Assembly (NCBI GenBank): GCA_002633005.1
Contig: NMRA01000366.1
Location: 264,562-297,752 of the forward strand
Reading direction: 5' to 3'
Length of the DNA stretch: 33,191 nucleotides
DNA from: Phoronis australis
Taxonomy: Eukaryota > Animalia > Phoronida
Below are positions 9,701 through 21,700 of the stretch, piece after piece. The position numbers and the translations under genes were made by a program. The stretch's first letter is position 1. Each line of letters begins with the position of its first letter. The notes under the pieces are model-generated. The model had not been told where the DNA came from, searched no databases, and was given only the letters and a program-made list of their open reading frames with translations.

Positions 9701-12700
9701 CGCCATTACCAAGTTTGACTCGGAACCGATGGGCAATCCTGATGACATCATGGCTGAGATCAGCAAAGACCAGTATTTTACGAAGATTGATCTAAGTAAA
9801 GGGTACTGGCAGGTCATTGTCGCCGAAGAATCACGACCCAAGACCTCGATTGTAGTACCAAGTGGTTGCTATAAGTTCGTAAAGATGCCATTTGGTCTGG
9901 TAAATTCGGCAGCGACCTTCAACCGCATGATGAGGAAGATGTTGGCAGAAGCACATAATACAGAGCATTATGTGGATGACATTCTTTGCCGTAATAAGAC
10001 CGGGACTGAACACCTTGCCACCTTGCGAGACACCTTCCAATGTGTGCGAGAGGCTGGACTAACGATTCGACCCACCAAGTGTTCGGTTGGATCTCGTTCC
10101 GTCGATTTCGTTGGACGTGGTTGGTGAAGGACACCTGGCAATGGATGAAGAAAAGCTGGGACGTATCCGAGATGCACCACGACCCAGAACGAAGAAACAA
10201 GTTCGTTCTTTTCTTGGGTTGGCTGGATACTGCAGGAAGTTCATCCCAAACTTTGCTGAAATTGCCGTCCCGATTACTGAGCTCACAAAGAAGAAACAGC
10301 CTAACAGCGTGCAATGGGAAGAAACTCAGCAGCATTCATTCGACACTCTTCGAGACCTGCTGACGAGAGCACCCATACTGAGATTACCTGATTTCAGTAA
10401 ACCTTTTATTGTTCAGACTGATGCGTCAGATACTGGTATAGGTTGTATTTTGTTGCAGGAGTATGATGATGGCAGGTTCCCAGTGGCATGTGCTAGTAAG
10501 ATATTGTTACCTCGAGAACGGAATTACTCCGTCATAGAGAGGGAATGTTTGGCTATTGTATTTGCCATCAGAAAATTTGCAAAGTACTTTTACGGTAAAG
10601 AATTTATCATTCATACTGACCATCAACCCGTGGCTTACATTCAAAAAAGTAAGTTAGTCAATGGACGCATCATGAGGTGGGCCGTGTTTTTGCAAAACTA
10701 TCGATTTAAGGTTGAAGCTATCAAAGGCTCAGAGAATGTTGGTGCCGATTACCTGAGTAGGTGAGAGTATTGAAGATTCATGGAAATTGGGTAATAGATC
10801 TAAGTGTTAATCAATATTTAAGTCTTCCATGTTGAGAAAATCTTAACAAGTATTTTCTTGAGGAGGGGCTTATTGTCAGAATAAATATTGATTGAGTAAT
10901 TAGTAAGAATAGATCCATTTTAAGTTGCCCATAATTTGTGAATATGTACTTTTAAATCATGGGGTCAGACTTGTTGACATGTATTTTAACGTCAAAATCT
11001 ATTTTTAGATGGTGTTTACAACTTTGGGTTCTGAAGTCAAAGTACTCTAGAGATTCTAGAATATTCTGAAAACAAATTGTAACAGCCAATAATATGAGTG
11101 GGTATGATCATGTGATTTTATTAGCCAATCACTAAATAAGTAGAATGTTACAATATGGGCTGAAATTAACAAGATAATTAGATGCGCTATAGTAGTTGAA
11201 GCATAAAGACTTGCTACAGTGTACAGAAGCAATTGTACAACAGAGCAATCTCGTGGAAGATTCTAGAAAGGATCTTGGCAAGGGCAAGGGTTAACGAACA
11301 GGACGTTATCTAAGAGCTTGTCACTTGCATTGTGGGTAGTAAGATACTACTTGAAGTCTTGCGTCATCAGCCAGAGACTGTGACCAGCAAGAAGAGTCGC
11401 GGGTAGAAGAAATTGCCTGCAAGTGTTGCATCACCAGACACGGTGACCAGCAAGTACACTGTCGCTATACAGTGTGTGTAGTTCGAAGATTCACCAGCAG
11501 GACAGACATCCAAAAAGTGGAGAGTCCTAGCTTGGATAGCAGATAAGACACTTGATTGTTTTGGTTGTTTGATTAAAGTAATCTTTAAAGAGGGCGCTAG
11601 CGTAGTTACTCTTTGTAGTAGATTACTTAATTAACAATAGGTTTCATTTGTCTAATTAGGGGTTATCATATAATAAATTAATTACTGGATTTGATCGTTC
11701 ACTCTCCATCGACGCACAATCTCAAAGCATAGCTACCTTTTAAACAAACCCACAGTCAATCGTCTGACACTGTCATTTAAACAATATTCCTGGCCAGGTG
11801 TACCTTTCTTAAAAAGTCAAAAGACTTGGGAGTGTTTAGAAAAAGATATTGTGAATCAGAGGAGACCATAATTCGTGCAAACTAGTCGTAGGTTTTGGCG
11901 TAAATCGCTCTTTAGACTCTGAGTAAAAAGCGTCCTCAGTTACGACATTTAGTGAAATGGTTCACCTGGGTTCTGCTTTACTAAGACTTCAATGTAGAGT
12001 TTCTGTGAGTGGAGTAACTTATAGTTTACGCGAATGAGTGTACAGTACCCGAAGTTCACACTCGATCAGCCCTAGATTAAATCCAGAAACCAAACGTAAA
12101 TCTCCAGCTCTCGAGTAAAAATCGAGACTTCGAGCTCAGACTAGAACTTATACTCTATAATTTTAAGTTGCAGTCATCCACCAAGCCATAGTGTAGAAGA
12201 ATTATTGTATTCTAGTACACAATAATAGAACCTTACCTTGAGTAGTACATGCATAAAAGAAAGTGAGAAAAATACTTTGAGTACGTTTTCGAGTAACAAG
12301 TTTAGACCCCGGTTCCATGCCTTTTAGTTTATTGAATTCTATCTCTAACATTTGAAATGACCGGATGTAGTTTCAAAGTAAATGTTAGTATTTCCTGAGA
12401 GCAATTTCAACCTGAATTTTTATCTGAGGTAATCGAAATCGCATATTGGTTTTGGTGGCGCCATTTTAAGTCCCACTAAGCAAATTAGATCAACGAGTTG
12501 GCATGACATATCGTCCACGTGATTTGGCCTCCGAAAACCGCTAAGTGTCTCAATGCATGCCCGTACCCAACATGCGACTTGTGGGCGCAGCTACAGGAAG
12601 CGGACCAAACATGGACTTCAAAAAATCGATGTAAACTACTACCCTCAGTCACGTGATTAACAGGGTTGAAACGATACATTGTACATCGCGAACTGATATT

Positions 12701-15700
12701 TGCCAGTTTCTTGGTTTCAACATCGCAGCTCAAAATGCAACAGTACAAGTTATCGTGACTTTCTTGTGTGCATAAAAAGAAGCAAGACAACTAAAGTAAT
12801 TTGACTAATATCTTGCATTAGAATGGGAGAGCTGTTGGGCTATTTCAGTAGGGGTGGGGCCTATTACTTTGTTTGCCCCACCACATTACATATTTAAAAT
12901 AGTGAATGAATTAGTTTCAAGGTGTTACGGGCCTAGTCACACAAGTAAAGCAAATTGCATGATGCCTGGTGTGTCTTCGTATGATTCCTGTCACATGATT
13001 GACCATAGGAAAGGATGGCATTCTATGTTCTTGGACTCGAATGTCATATCATTGGAATTACGCTTTCTTTGAGTTGTTTACTGGCCACATGTCATACCTT
13101 ATTTAGTCATCTGTATCGTCATTCTCCGGTGTATATCGTCGCTCTCCGGTGTATTTATATACCTCATTCCCTTATCTTATAGTTGCATATAATTTCATTC
13201 TCTCGGTGTATTTTGTTTTCTCTTACATAAGACACTTAGCCATTTTGTCTATTTATTTTGTCCTTTTCATTGATCATAATTTTTATATTTTAGCCTTATA
13301 TTATGTTTAGTCTTATCCGTTACCGCCACTACACTAGGGTGAGCTCACACCTGGCAGTAACCGTACCTCCCGTCGCCCTTCAGCCTTGGCCTCTGGAGTC
13401 AGGGTCGGGGTATCCGGCTGACAGTGTTTTGTAAGAATGTAAATCTATTCAATACAACTATTTACCCCTTTCTTATTTGGTTTGTCTCCGCGGATGGGTA
13501 TGAGCTCTCTTACACCATCTCTTGTGGCGATTTTTATTGGCCATCTTTCCAGTGATTATTATTTTACGTGTATATATTATTTTGCGTTCATATTTTGGAA
13601 CGTTATGATGTCACAATAAATTACCTTTATTTCGCCTATATACGGTATCCTTTATATCTCTGGAAATTGAGCTTGCAACGCAACTACCATTTTTGGGTCA
13701 TGTGTCGAACATAAAATGTATGTCTCAAAAAGATATTCATGATACGTTCTAGTGTAATACTACACTTACCGCCACATAAATGTCCTGTGCAATCCTCATC
13801 CTCCACCTCTTTTTTCATCAACTTAAGCGGACACTGAGTCGTTGTGCAGAAGATTCGGTGTCGTTCTATTTTACAATCCAGTTTACACGGCCCATATGCT
13901 GACCACCTGGTCCAAGCGTTGGCTGGAAGGAACGCAAGAAAATAAATAGCTTCATTTTGCCAATTGGTGATCTTCAATGTATTCCATGCTTTGTCATCCG
14001 TCGTTCTTTATACACAACAGATTTAGTACCCTCTGGGTGTTTCTTTTTTTCTTTTTTTGATTTACCGAAGCACACATTTAAACCTATTTTCGTATTGAAG
14101 CTTTTCAGTCTGCTTCACCAATCGTGTAGCGAAAATAGAAACAATGCCTGCCTGTGTGACAAGTGCTTGCAGTCCCCTTTTGTATTGTGGGTATTGTACG
14201 TTCACAAGTGGCATCCATTTGTTACGTCTTAAGCGATGTTGAAAATAAAATTTAGTTTAAAGGTGTGTCCTTTGTGTAATGATCTTCGTTAAGATTATTT
14301 ATCTCCTAAAAGCAAGTTCATGGTACTTTTGATTTAATTTGTTTACTACAAAATAGTGTGGAACTTTCTAGAAGACTGAGGTCAGAACAGTGATGATGTA
14401 ATTTGTTTACTACAGTATAGATTGGAACTTTCTAGAAGACTCTAGCATGACAGTGATTAATGCAGTCTGGAATAATCTAGAGACTAGTACATGTTTGTAG
14501 AATAATTGGGTAGGTTCCAGAAAGTTCTGGTATGTGCTTGAATTGATGAAAAGTTCCAGAACATTGCATTAGGCTATAAATACACAAGCACGGGTTTGTG
14601 TTAGTCAGATTAAGTCAGTTGAGTCCAGGAAGATCAAGTCGGGAGATCAAGAGAAGATCAAGTAAGTTCAAGAAATTTAATCAGAAGAACTACAGTGAGT
14701 TGCAGTGAAGAGAATCAGCAGTTACAGCGATGGCCAGTAAGGAGCCAGCTATAGAGACAGCAGGTTATTGAACCAACGAGTGTTACAGTTGCTGGAAGTA
14801 TCTCAAAGTTCATAACAAGTCAAGGCTTCGCAGCACTGGCTGGAGCATAAACAGACATTACGTCGGACGTTTTGTTTGAGTAGGCTTGTGAACGTACGGT
14901 CGGGATTAATAAAGGATTAACTCGAACCAGTCTTCAGTCAATCTTCGCACCGAAAGCTATTAGCACCGGTCTGTAACAACCTGCGCCCACCCAGACACGG
15001 GGAAAAACGTGGCAGTGTGCATATTATTAAAATTCGAAGAAAGACATGAATTCATTATCAAAATGCAAAACGTGTGCCAAAATTGCATATTAATACTAGT
15101 TTTTGTAATAAGTGCCACACGGTGGCCTCATTACTTGAGAATAAATTGATTGAATGGGAGTGATTGGTGACTGTCTTGTTAGAAATGCACCTCTTATGGA
15201 GTCGCAGTCGTGTAAAATCTGGTTGGACAGAATTCCTTGGGTTTTGAATTTTACTCAAATTTATTTCTCAAAATGACATCTTGACAATACTTGTAGACAT
15301 TTTCAAATTTGATACATTGTGTGTGACTGACATATTGCGAAAAATTGCATGAAAAAACTACCAGGGTTTACAATTCAATTTTTTGTGAGAACTGTTCACA
15401 TAGGATTGACATTACTTGAAAAGTATGTGTGCCCTTTTAGTCCATATTTTCGTAAAGTAGGGTAGCGAACACAACTTGAAGATGCATTTGTTGAGTAGCT
15501 AATTCTTGAAAATTTGACGAACCTACTTATATATCTTGGGAGTGAAGTTAAGTCCCACGGTGAGAGAATTTGGCTTAACAATAATACTAGTAAAACACGA
15601 AAATCGTAAAATGGTTGGAAAAAGTCTTAAAGGACACCAAATCCGGTTTAGGTCCGTTAAAATATATTAAAAACGACATTTGCATTCAGTTCCTTGAAAC

Positions 15701-18700
15701 GAAATAAGGCTCTATGAAGTGCGTCCAGGGGGTGCTCGGGGGGCTCGGCCGAGCCCCCATTTTGCGAAGATGGGCCAAAAGGCCCGAACAAAAGTCCACT
15801 AAAAGGGAGGAACTACCAAAAGCCGGCTGAGTACGCGCATGTATAACATCCATTTACTTTTGCAGCTTACGAAATTTAAATGATGGATGATACCATTCTT
15901 GGGGTTCTGAATTACGTCAAGCTATGTTGGCCACGTGTGCACGATCTCATTTCAGTAACATGCAGAGGCGTAGTTGCTTCTGTGGGTCTGTGGGTCGGCA
16001 GTATGACAATCTCCAATAATATTTCTGACTTTGTTGGGAAAAGAAAAAAAATAGGCGCACTAAGAGGAAGTTGATCTACAAGAGGTCCCTCACAATCAAT
16101 TTTTTTCACACGTGTTGTTCTGCCTTTCACCCAAGAAAATAAACGGCACAAAAGGCTATCCTAAATTTTGGTCGAACTCTGTCAATCTCATTATCGAGGT
16201 AGGCCTACATGTATTGAGTAAGTTGCGGGAAGTATTTTTGTGTACGGCACAACTCAAGTTAGAGGAGCTTCACTGACACGAAAAACGTTTGTTCTGTGAT
16301 GGTATTACTGCGTCATTTTATTCCCCCTTGAGAATGAAACAAGTTTGTTTCGAAATACCATGTCTCTTGGTCACTGGGTCAGTTGCTTTACCTATATTCT
16401 GTTGAGTGTCGAACTTCGTTCCGGGGATACGAAGGGAACGGGATAAAGGTTGTGAATAACGACAATTGTCGTGTATCCAATCAATTTTAACATGCATGTT
16501 AACTCAAGCCCTAATTTTTTTAAAATCTTGCAAAATGCTAGCATTTCCTTTTTATGCTTTTCTCTACAATTCAGTATTTCTGCGAATGCAATAACAGTCT
16601 TGATCTTCTCCGCCTGTCGCGAGAAACCTCCCGAGGGTATTACACCAGTATTTGAGATACGTACATTTTACGATGACTAGAACTTTCACGTGTCACGTGA
16701 CACTCACCTAGGCAAACAGCCTCGTTGCAGTCTCTTGTATCCTTGTTTGCTCCGGAACACATTCCGGGCCGAGGGCAGACACGGTGCCTGGTTTTCTCTC
16801 CACCGCCGCAAGGTCTGGTGCAGGGTCCAAACTCTCCCCATTTACTCCAATTGAGTGCTGTTGACATAAAGAAATTTAATTAATGAGATACCGTACCGTC
16901 TGCTATTTTGCTCACATGACTACGATGTGACCAAGTCAGATGCAGTTCGGAGTTCGAGTCAATAACACGCCTTCAATTACACTCTGACTCTGATAAGAAT
17001 TTTTTAAAATGAAATTAGTTCCCTTTTGAATGGGGCTATTCGGAGAATTCTCCTCGCCGTGTCGCTGCTGTACTAGTGGTGATTGAATTGCGCATGCGTG
17101 GCTGTCTGCATGTAAACAACTGGTAAAAGATGGAATTTTTATCAAAATACGTCGTCGCGCTAAGCCTTATTACTGCTAATTTCCCTGTTGCAAGTCTTCG
17201 AAAGATGGACACAAATTCCCAAAAGACCTAAGGTTACTATATTCGTGGACAATTGCGGTCAACAGCTGAGGGTCAACTAACTGACAAAAAGTGTGTAGAT
17301 GCTGAAGCCCCGTGTGTGCTCTATGATTATGCAGTTCAATTCGGAGACTACACAACATTACTTAGTAAGTTTTTAGCAATCAGTTTCTATCAACATCGCT
17401 CGGTGATGTTATCCCCTCCAGTTACCCCACTGAATAACAGGTTTATTGAGTGGAACTAAGTGTTTCTTTTTGGAAACTCACCCGATGCCGGGTAGGCGCT
17501 AGCAGCACATATTCATATTGTCCTGGGTGAGAGTGCTCCCAAAATAAGAGGTGTATGGTACGTGATGCACAGAAGTCAAGAGTGACTTTTTCACAGCAGT
17601 TTCTCTTCAAAATTATGCTGTTTCCAATAAAATTCTCTAGATGAGTGAGTTTCCTTATTTTATCGTGAACCCCACCCCCAGGACTACCAGCTCAGTCATC
17701 GAATTAACATGGATAAGCCTTAATTCAGTAAATGTCGTAACATTGCATTGGAAAAATTCGACACCTAGAATGAATTTTACTTGCTGAGATCAAAAGCACA
17801 TTTTAAGTGTCATGAAAAATACACATTGTTAAATCAGTTTTAGCCCGTTTCACATATTTTAATTCAGATATTAAATAAGACTTGGGTACAAAGGTTATTA
17901 GTTTCTACACATAAACATGAACATGAAACGTCAAGTATGTTCTGCCTTACAAAAGTAGTTTTGTCTTGTCTTTTCTTTTACAATTTGCTAATATTTCTAT
18001 TTTGTTACAGGCAAGAAAAAGCAACTGAAACCAACCGCCTGACCATCTATTTTACCGTTGGACAAAGTGAAAAGCAATCCTTCAGCAATAACCTGAGAGA
18101 ATTGAGCGTAATTCAGAAATTCAGCACCTGATATGCCTGATTATGGACTCCCTCGCAATGTTGTTTCTTTCTGTGCTTTTTCAGTTTGCCATTTGTTTTT
18201 AAATACACTGATAATTGTTTATTCTCGAATCTTGTGCATAGCAGATTCTTATCCANNNNNNNNNNNNNNNNNNNNNNNNNNNNNNNNNNNNNNNNNNNNN
18301 NNNNNNNNNNNNNNNNNNNNNNNNNNNNNNNNNNNNNNNNNNNNNNNNNNNNNNNNNNNNNNNNNNNNNNNNNNNNNNNNNNNNNNNNNNNNNNNNNNNN
18401 NNNNNNNNNNNNNNNNNNNNNNNNNNNNNNNNNNNNNNNNNNNNNNNNNNNNNNNNNNNNNNNNNNNNNNNNNNNNNNNNNNNNNNNNNNNNNNNNNNNN
18501 NNNNNNNNNNNNNNNNNNNNNNNNNNNNNNNNNNNNNNNNNNNNNNNNNNNNNNNNNNNNNNNNNNNNNNNNNNNNNNNNNNNNNNNNNNNNNNNNNNNN
18601 NNNNNNNNNNNNNNNNNNNNNNNNNNNNNNNNNNNNNNNNNNNNNNNNNNNNNNNNNNNNNNNNNNNNNNNNNNNNNNNNNNNNNNNNNNNNNNNNNNNN

Positions 18701-21700
18701 NNNNNNNNNNNNNNNNNNNNNNNNNNNNNNNNNNNNNNNNNNNNNNNNNNNNNNNNNNNNNNNNNNNNNNNNNNNNNNNNNNNNNNNNNNNNNNNNNNNN
18801 NNNNNNNNNNNNNNNNNNNNNNNNNNNNNNNNNNNNNNNNNNNTTTCATGAAATCAACTTGAAGGGACTTCGTGAAGGTTAAGAATTACCTCACCATGCT
18901 CTTTTCCCCAAACATGTAGTATTACCTGTTATTTCCACACATTCAGTTGTACCAAATATTACAACCCCCCATGCCAATCCCCCCTCGGGACCTGAATAAG
19001 TAATTTAACAAAATGACTTTAAAAACAGCTGTTCGTTTTCAAAGGCTTTGTTCGTTGTCTACAATATTGAAAGTAGGCGTTGACAACATATCTGCACTGG
19101 ATGGGAAGATCTCGTTGGTTAGCTGCACTCAAATGCTAAAAACCAATTTTTGTCCATTCAGGGACGGTGCAGAAGCGATGCATATCTCCTCTGCACGGTA
19201 CAAGCCTTCAAACCTAAAAACCAAAGGTTACGTGAAAACAGACGTGATAGATTTCCATTTCAACGTGTAATAGATTTCCAGAAGACATATGATAGGGAGT
19301 AAACAAATAGTCTAATGCAATGGATATTTATCACTCACGTACCCTTTGCCATTGGGCTTGGATTGTAATCTTAACTCATTAACCTGTATCGAGTTGACAG
19401 CATAAACATTCAGCATTGATGGATGTAACTGTCACTGATAAACTTTTAGAAATCATTCCAAACAATAATAATGCTTTGATGTACGAAAAGATTCCGATTG
19501 CTACGTCAAGTATCGTATCACATATCACAACATACAAAGATTAACCAGACTCTCGCTGGCGACTGCCTGCCGCGAAGTCGACGTCGGCGAGTACCTCAGT
19601 TAACAGGCATCGGTAGAATAATCATGGAATAATCGTTAAAATAATTTCAAACCTTACCTTTGTATGAGGTCGTGCTTACTTCCTCTCATATAGAAGCACC
19701 CTTTTTACGCAATCTCAGATTCAGTTGGCACGGCTGCAAGCCATTTCATCATGTATTTAAAGGGCTCGCGAAATCGAGGCTGTTAATCTATCACCACTAG
19801 TACACCCACGCCCTCTAGTTATTGTAGATTTTCCGAATAGCCCCATTGAAGAAGGTTACGGAGGTAAGTAGCTTACTCATTTATTTTACTGTGATGAAAT
19901 CAAGAGGATCGTATGAAAAAACGGGAAAACGAGTGGTTCGAATGCCACCAGCTCAGAGGGGAGCCATAGCTTATTGGCCAGTACTGAACCCTACCAGCAC
20001 TGCCTCCCGTATCAGAAATTGCCCGTCATCACTGCTCCCTGCCAGCACTGCCCGCTGATAGCACTGCCACATGTGCACTACGACATCGTTTTTGGATTTT
20101 TTGTATGCATCGTCAAAATTAGTGTAGTGAACAGATGGAAGATATCATATTCCAGGGATAGAGTTCTATGATGTCAAATAAGTCCAGTATTGTTTCCTGC
20201 TCAAAACGCTTCTAGATTGACTGGGGGTCTTCGTACACTAGCAGTGACGTCAGAGTGTGAGCCCTGGGAACCAGGCGTGCGTTCAGTAGACGCTAGGACC
20301 TACGCTAGGACCTAGCTAAAATCAAGTCAAAGTCACGTGTTCTCATTTAAAATACACGGCAATATCTCTCGTAATCTCGCAAAGTCTTGCTTTTTAGCGA
20401 GGTCCTAGCGTTACTGAACGGGAGGCAGGTTAAGTCCAGTATAGATGCAAAATGTACTCCATGTTTTAGCTACTTGATGACTTGTTTAAGTTACATAGCT
20501 ATTGGGTGTTGTTTCTCAAATGTTCCAATTTTACATGCGCGGCTATCAAAATAGGGCTTTCTGTTCTGTGGGCCTGTGTCTTATCGTGGCGGAACAGCTT
20601 GTGTATCTAAGCGACATCTAGAGCTATACTGGCGGGAGTCATATACTTCCAGAAGGGTCACCCATGCCGGGCAGGTTTAAAGGCAGAGATCAGATCAAAC
20701 ACACCCTTTAATCTCCTAAGGTTGGTTCGCAATGGCAACGGTGGCTGCCAGTCTCTCGTCGTCCTGGTCGCCTTGAAAAGCGGAACGATGAGTAACTATT
20801 ATCTTCCTTCATTTGTACACGTATCCATCGGCCCAAAGTACAACAAACAAGCAAACAAGATCATTGGAGTGCTATGCTCACTAGTCAGTAGTACACAAGC
20901 TGTTCCGTTTTTTAGATGCGTAGTATACATCAATTCCTAACCACGGAGTCATCCAATTACATAGAGGAAATTTTATTATACTTAACAGTATTACTTGATA
21001 AGGATGACTACAACAGGAAGATGACTGATCTACTATCTAGCGGGTAGTAGGCCCTACAAGGAAGTAAAATATGACAAGACCAAGAGAGTAGAAAGAAAAA
21101 TCAAATCCCTCCTGAAAACTGTAGACAGTTCATTACCACGTGACACACTCCAGAGAATCAACCCAAACAACACAAAAGCCCCGCACATGTATGGTAAGCC
21201 TGAGATACACAAATCTGATATGCCGATGAGACCAATTATAAGCAACATTGGTTCTCCTTGCCACCAACTAGCTAGATTCCTCAACAACATCATATCCCCA
21301 CTAGTTGGAAAAACTGACTCGTACGTAAAGGACTCGAAGCACTTCGTGTCAATGTTGTCATCAGTCAGCATTACACCAAATGACACCATGGTGAGCTTTG
21401 ATGTCGAAAGCCTATTCACATGTGTACCAACAGCAGAGGTTCTCCCATTACTCAGGTCAAAGTTAGAACATGACCACAAGCCATCAGAGGATGTAAACCT
21501 CCCAATAAGCTCCATTCTGGAATTAGTGACATTCTGTGTCAATACCACCTACTTCCAATACCAAGACAAGTTTTACGAGCAGACACAGGGAATGGCAGTG
21601 GGTTCACCACTATCACCAGTCTTAGCTAACTTTTACATGGAGTGGTTTGAACAAACAGCTCTCAGCTCAGCTAACAAACCCCCGAAGATGTGGAAACGAT

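Larger units (their letters stand above)
9535..11769 (+). mobile_element. 5'-truncated Gypsy/Ty3 LTR retrotransposon (RT, RNase H, PPT, 3' LTR)
   Basis: RT motifs RFCIDFRRLN, DLSKGYWQ, MPFGL and YVDD. RNase H motifs TDAS, ERECLAIV, TDHQP and NVGADYLSR. Frameshift near 10115. Confidence 0.95.
17032..19844. mobile_element. ISL2EU-type DNA transposon, copy 2, both ends present, spanning the assembly gap
   Basis: TIR GGGGCTATTCGGA(G/A)AAT at 17032 and inverted ending at 19844, each flanked by AT. Subterminal TGTACTAGTGGTGAT at 17069-17083 and inverted at 19790-19804. THAP remnant (+) at left, SAP-like exon (-) at right. Confidence 0.82.

Noticed and set aside
12923-13423. Possible solo LTR (TGTTAC...TGACA) with a 20-bp tandem repeat near 13114-13153
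   Set aside because: The terminal inverted repeat is weak and there is no TSD, so boundaries cannot be supported.
4077-16857. Homology to apicomplexan TRAP adhesins (TSP1, TM, acidic Trp tail)
   Set aside because: No vWA domain, a ~530-aa cytoplasmic region rather than a short tail, a Trp that is not subterminal, and a metazoan TE context.
17482-17522. Candidate 41-nt minus-strand exon (cacccag|...|GTGAGT) between exons 1 and 2
   Set aside because: It would shift phase 1 to phase 0 and break the TSP1 frame, and it lies inside the ISL2EU-type element.
18133-18882. Long ORFs across the N run
   Set aside because: Artefacts of translating the gap.
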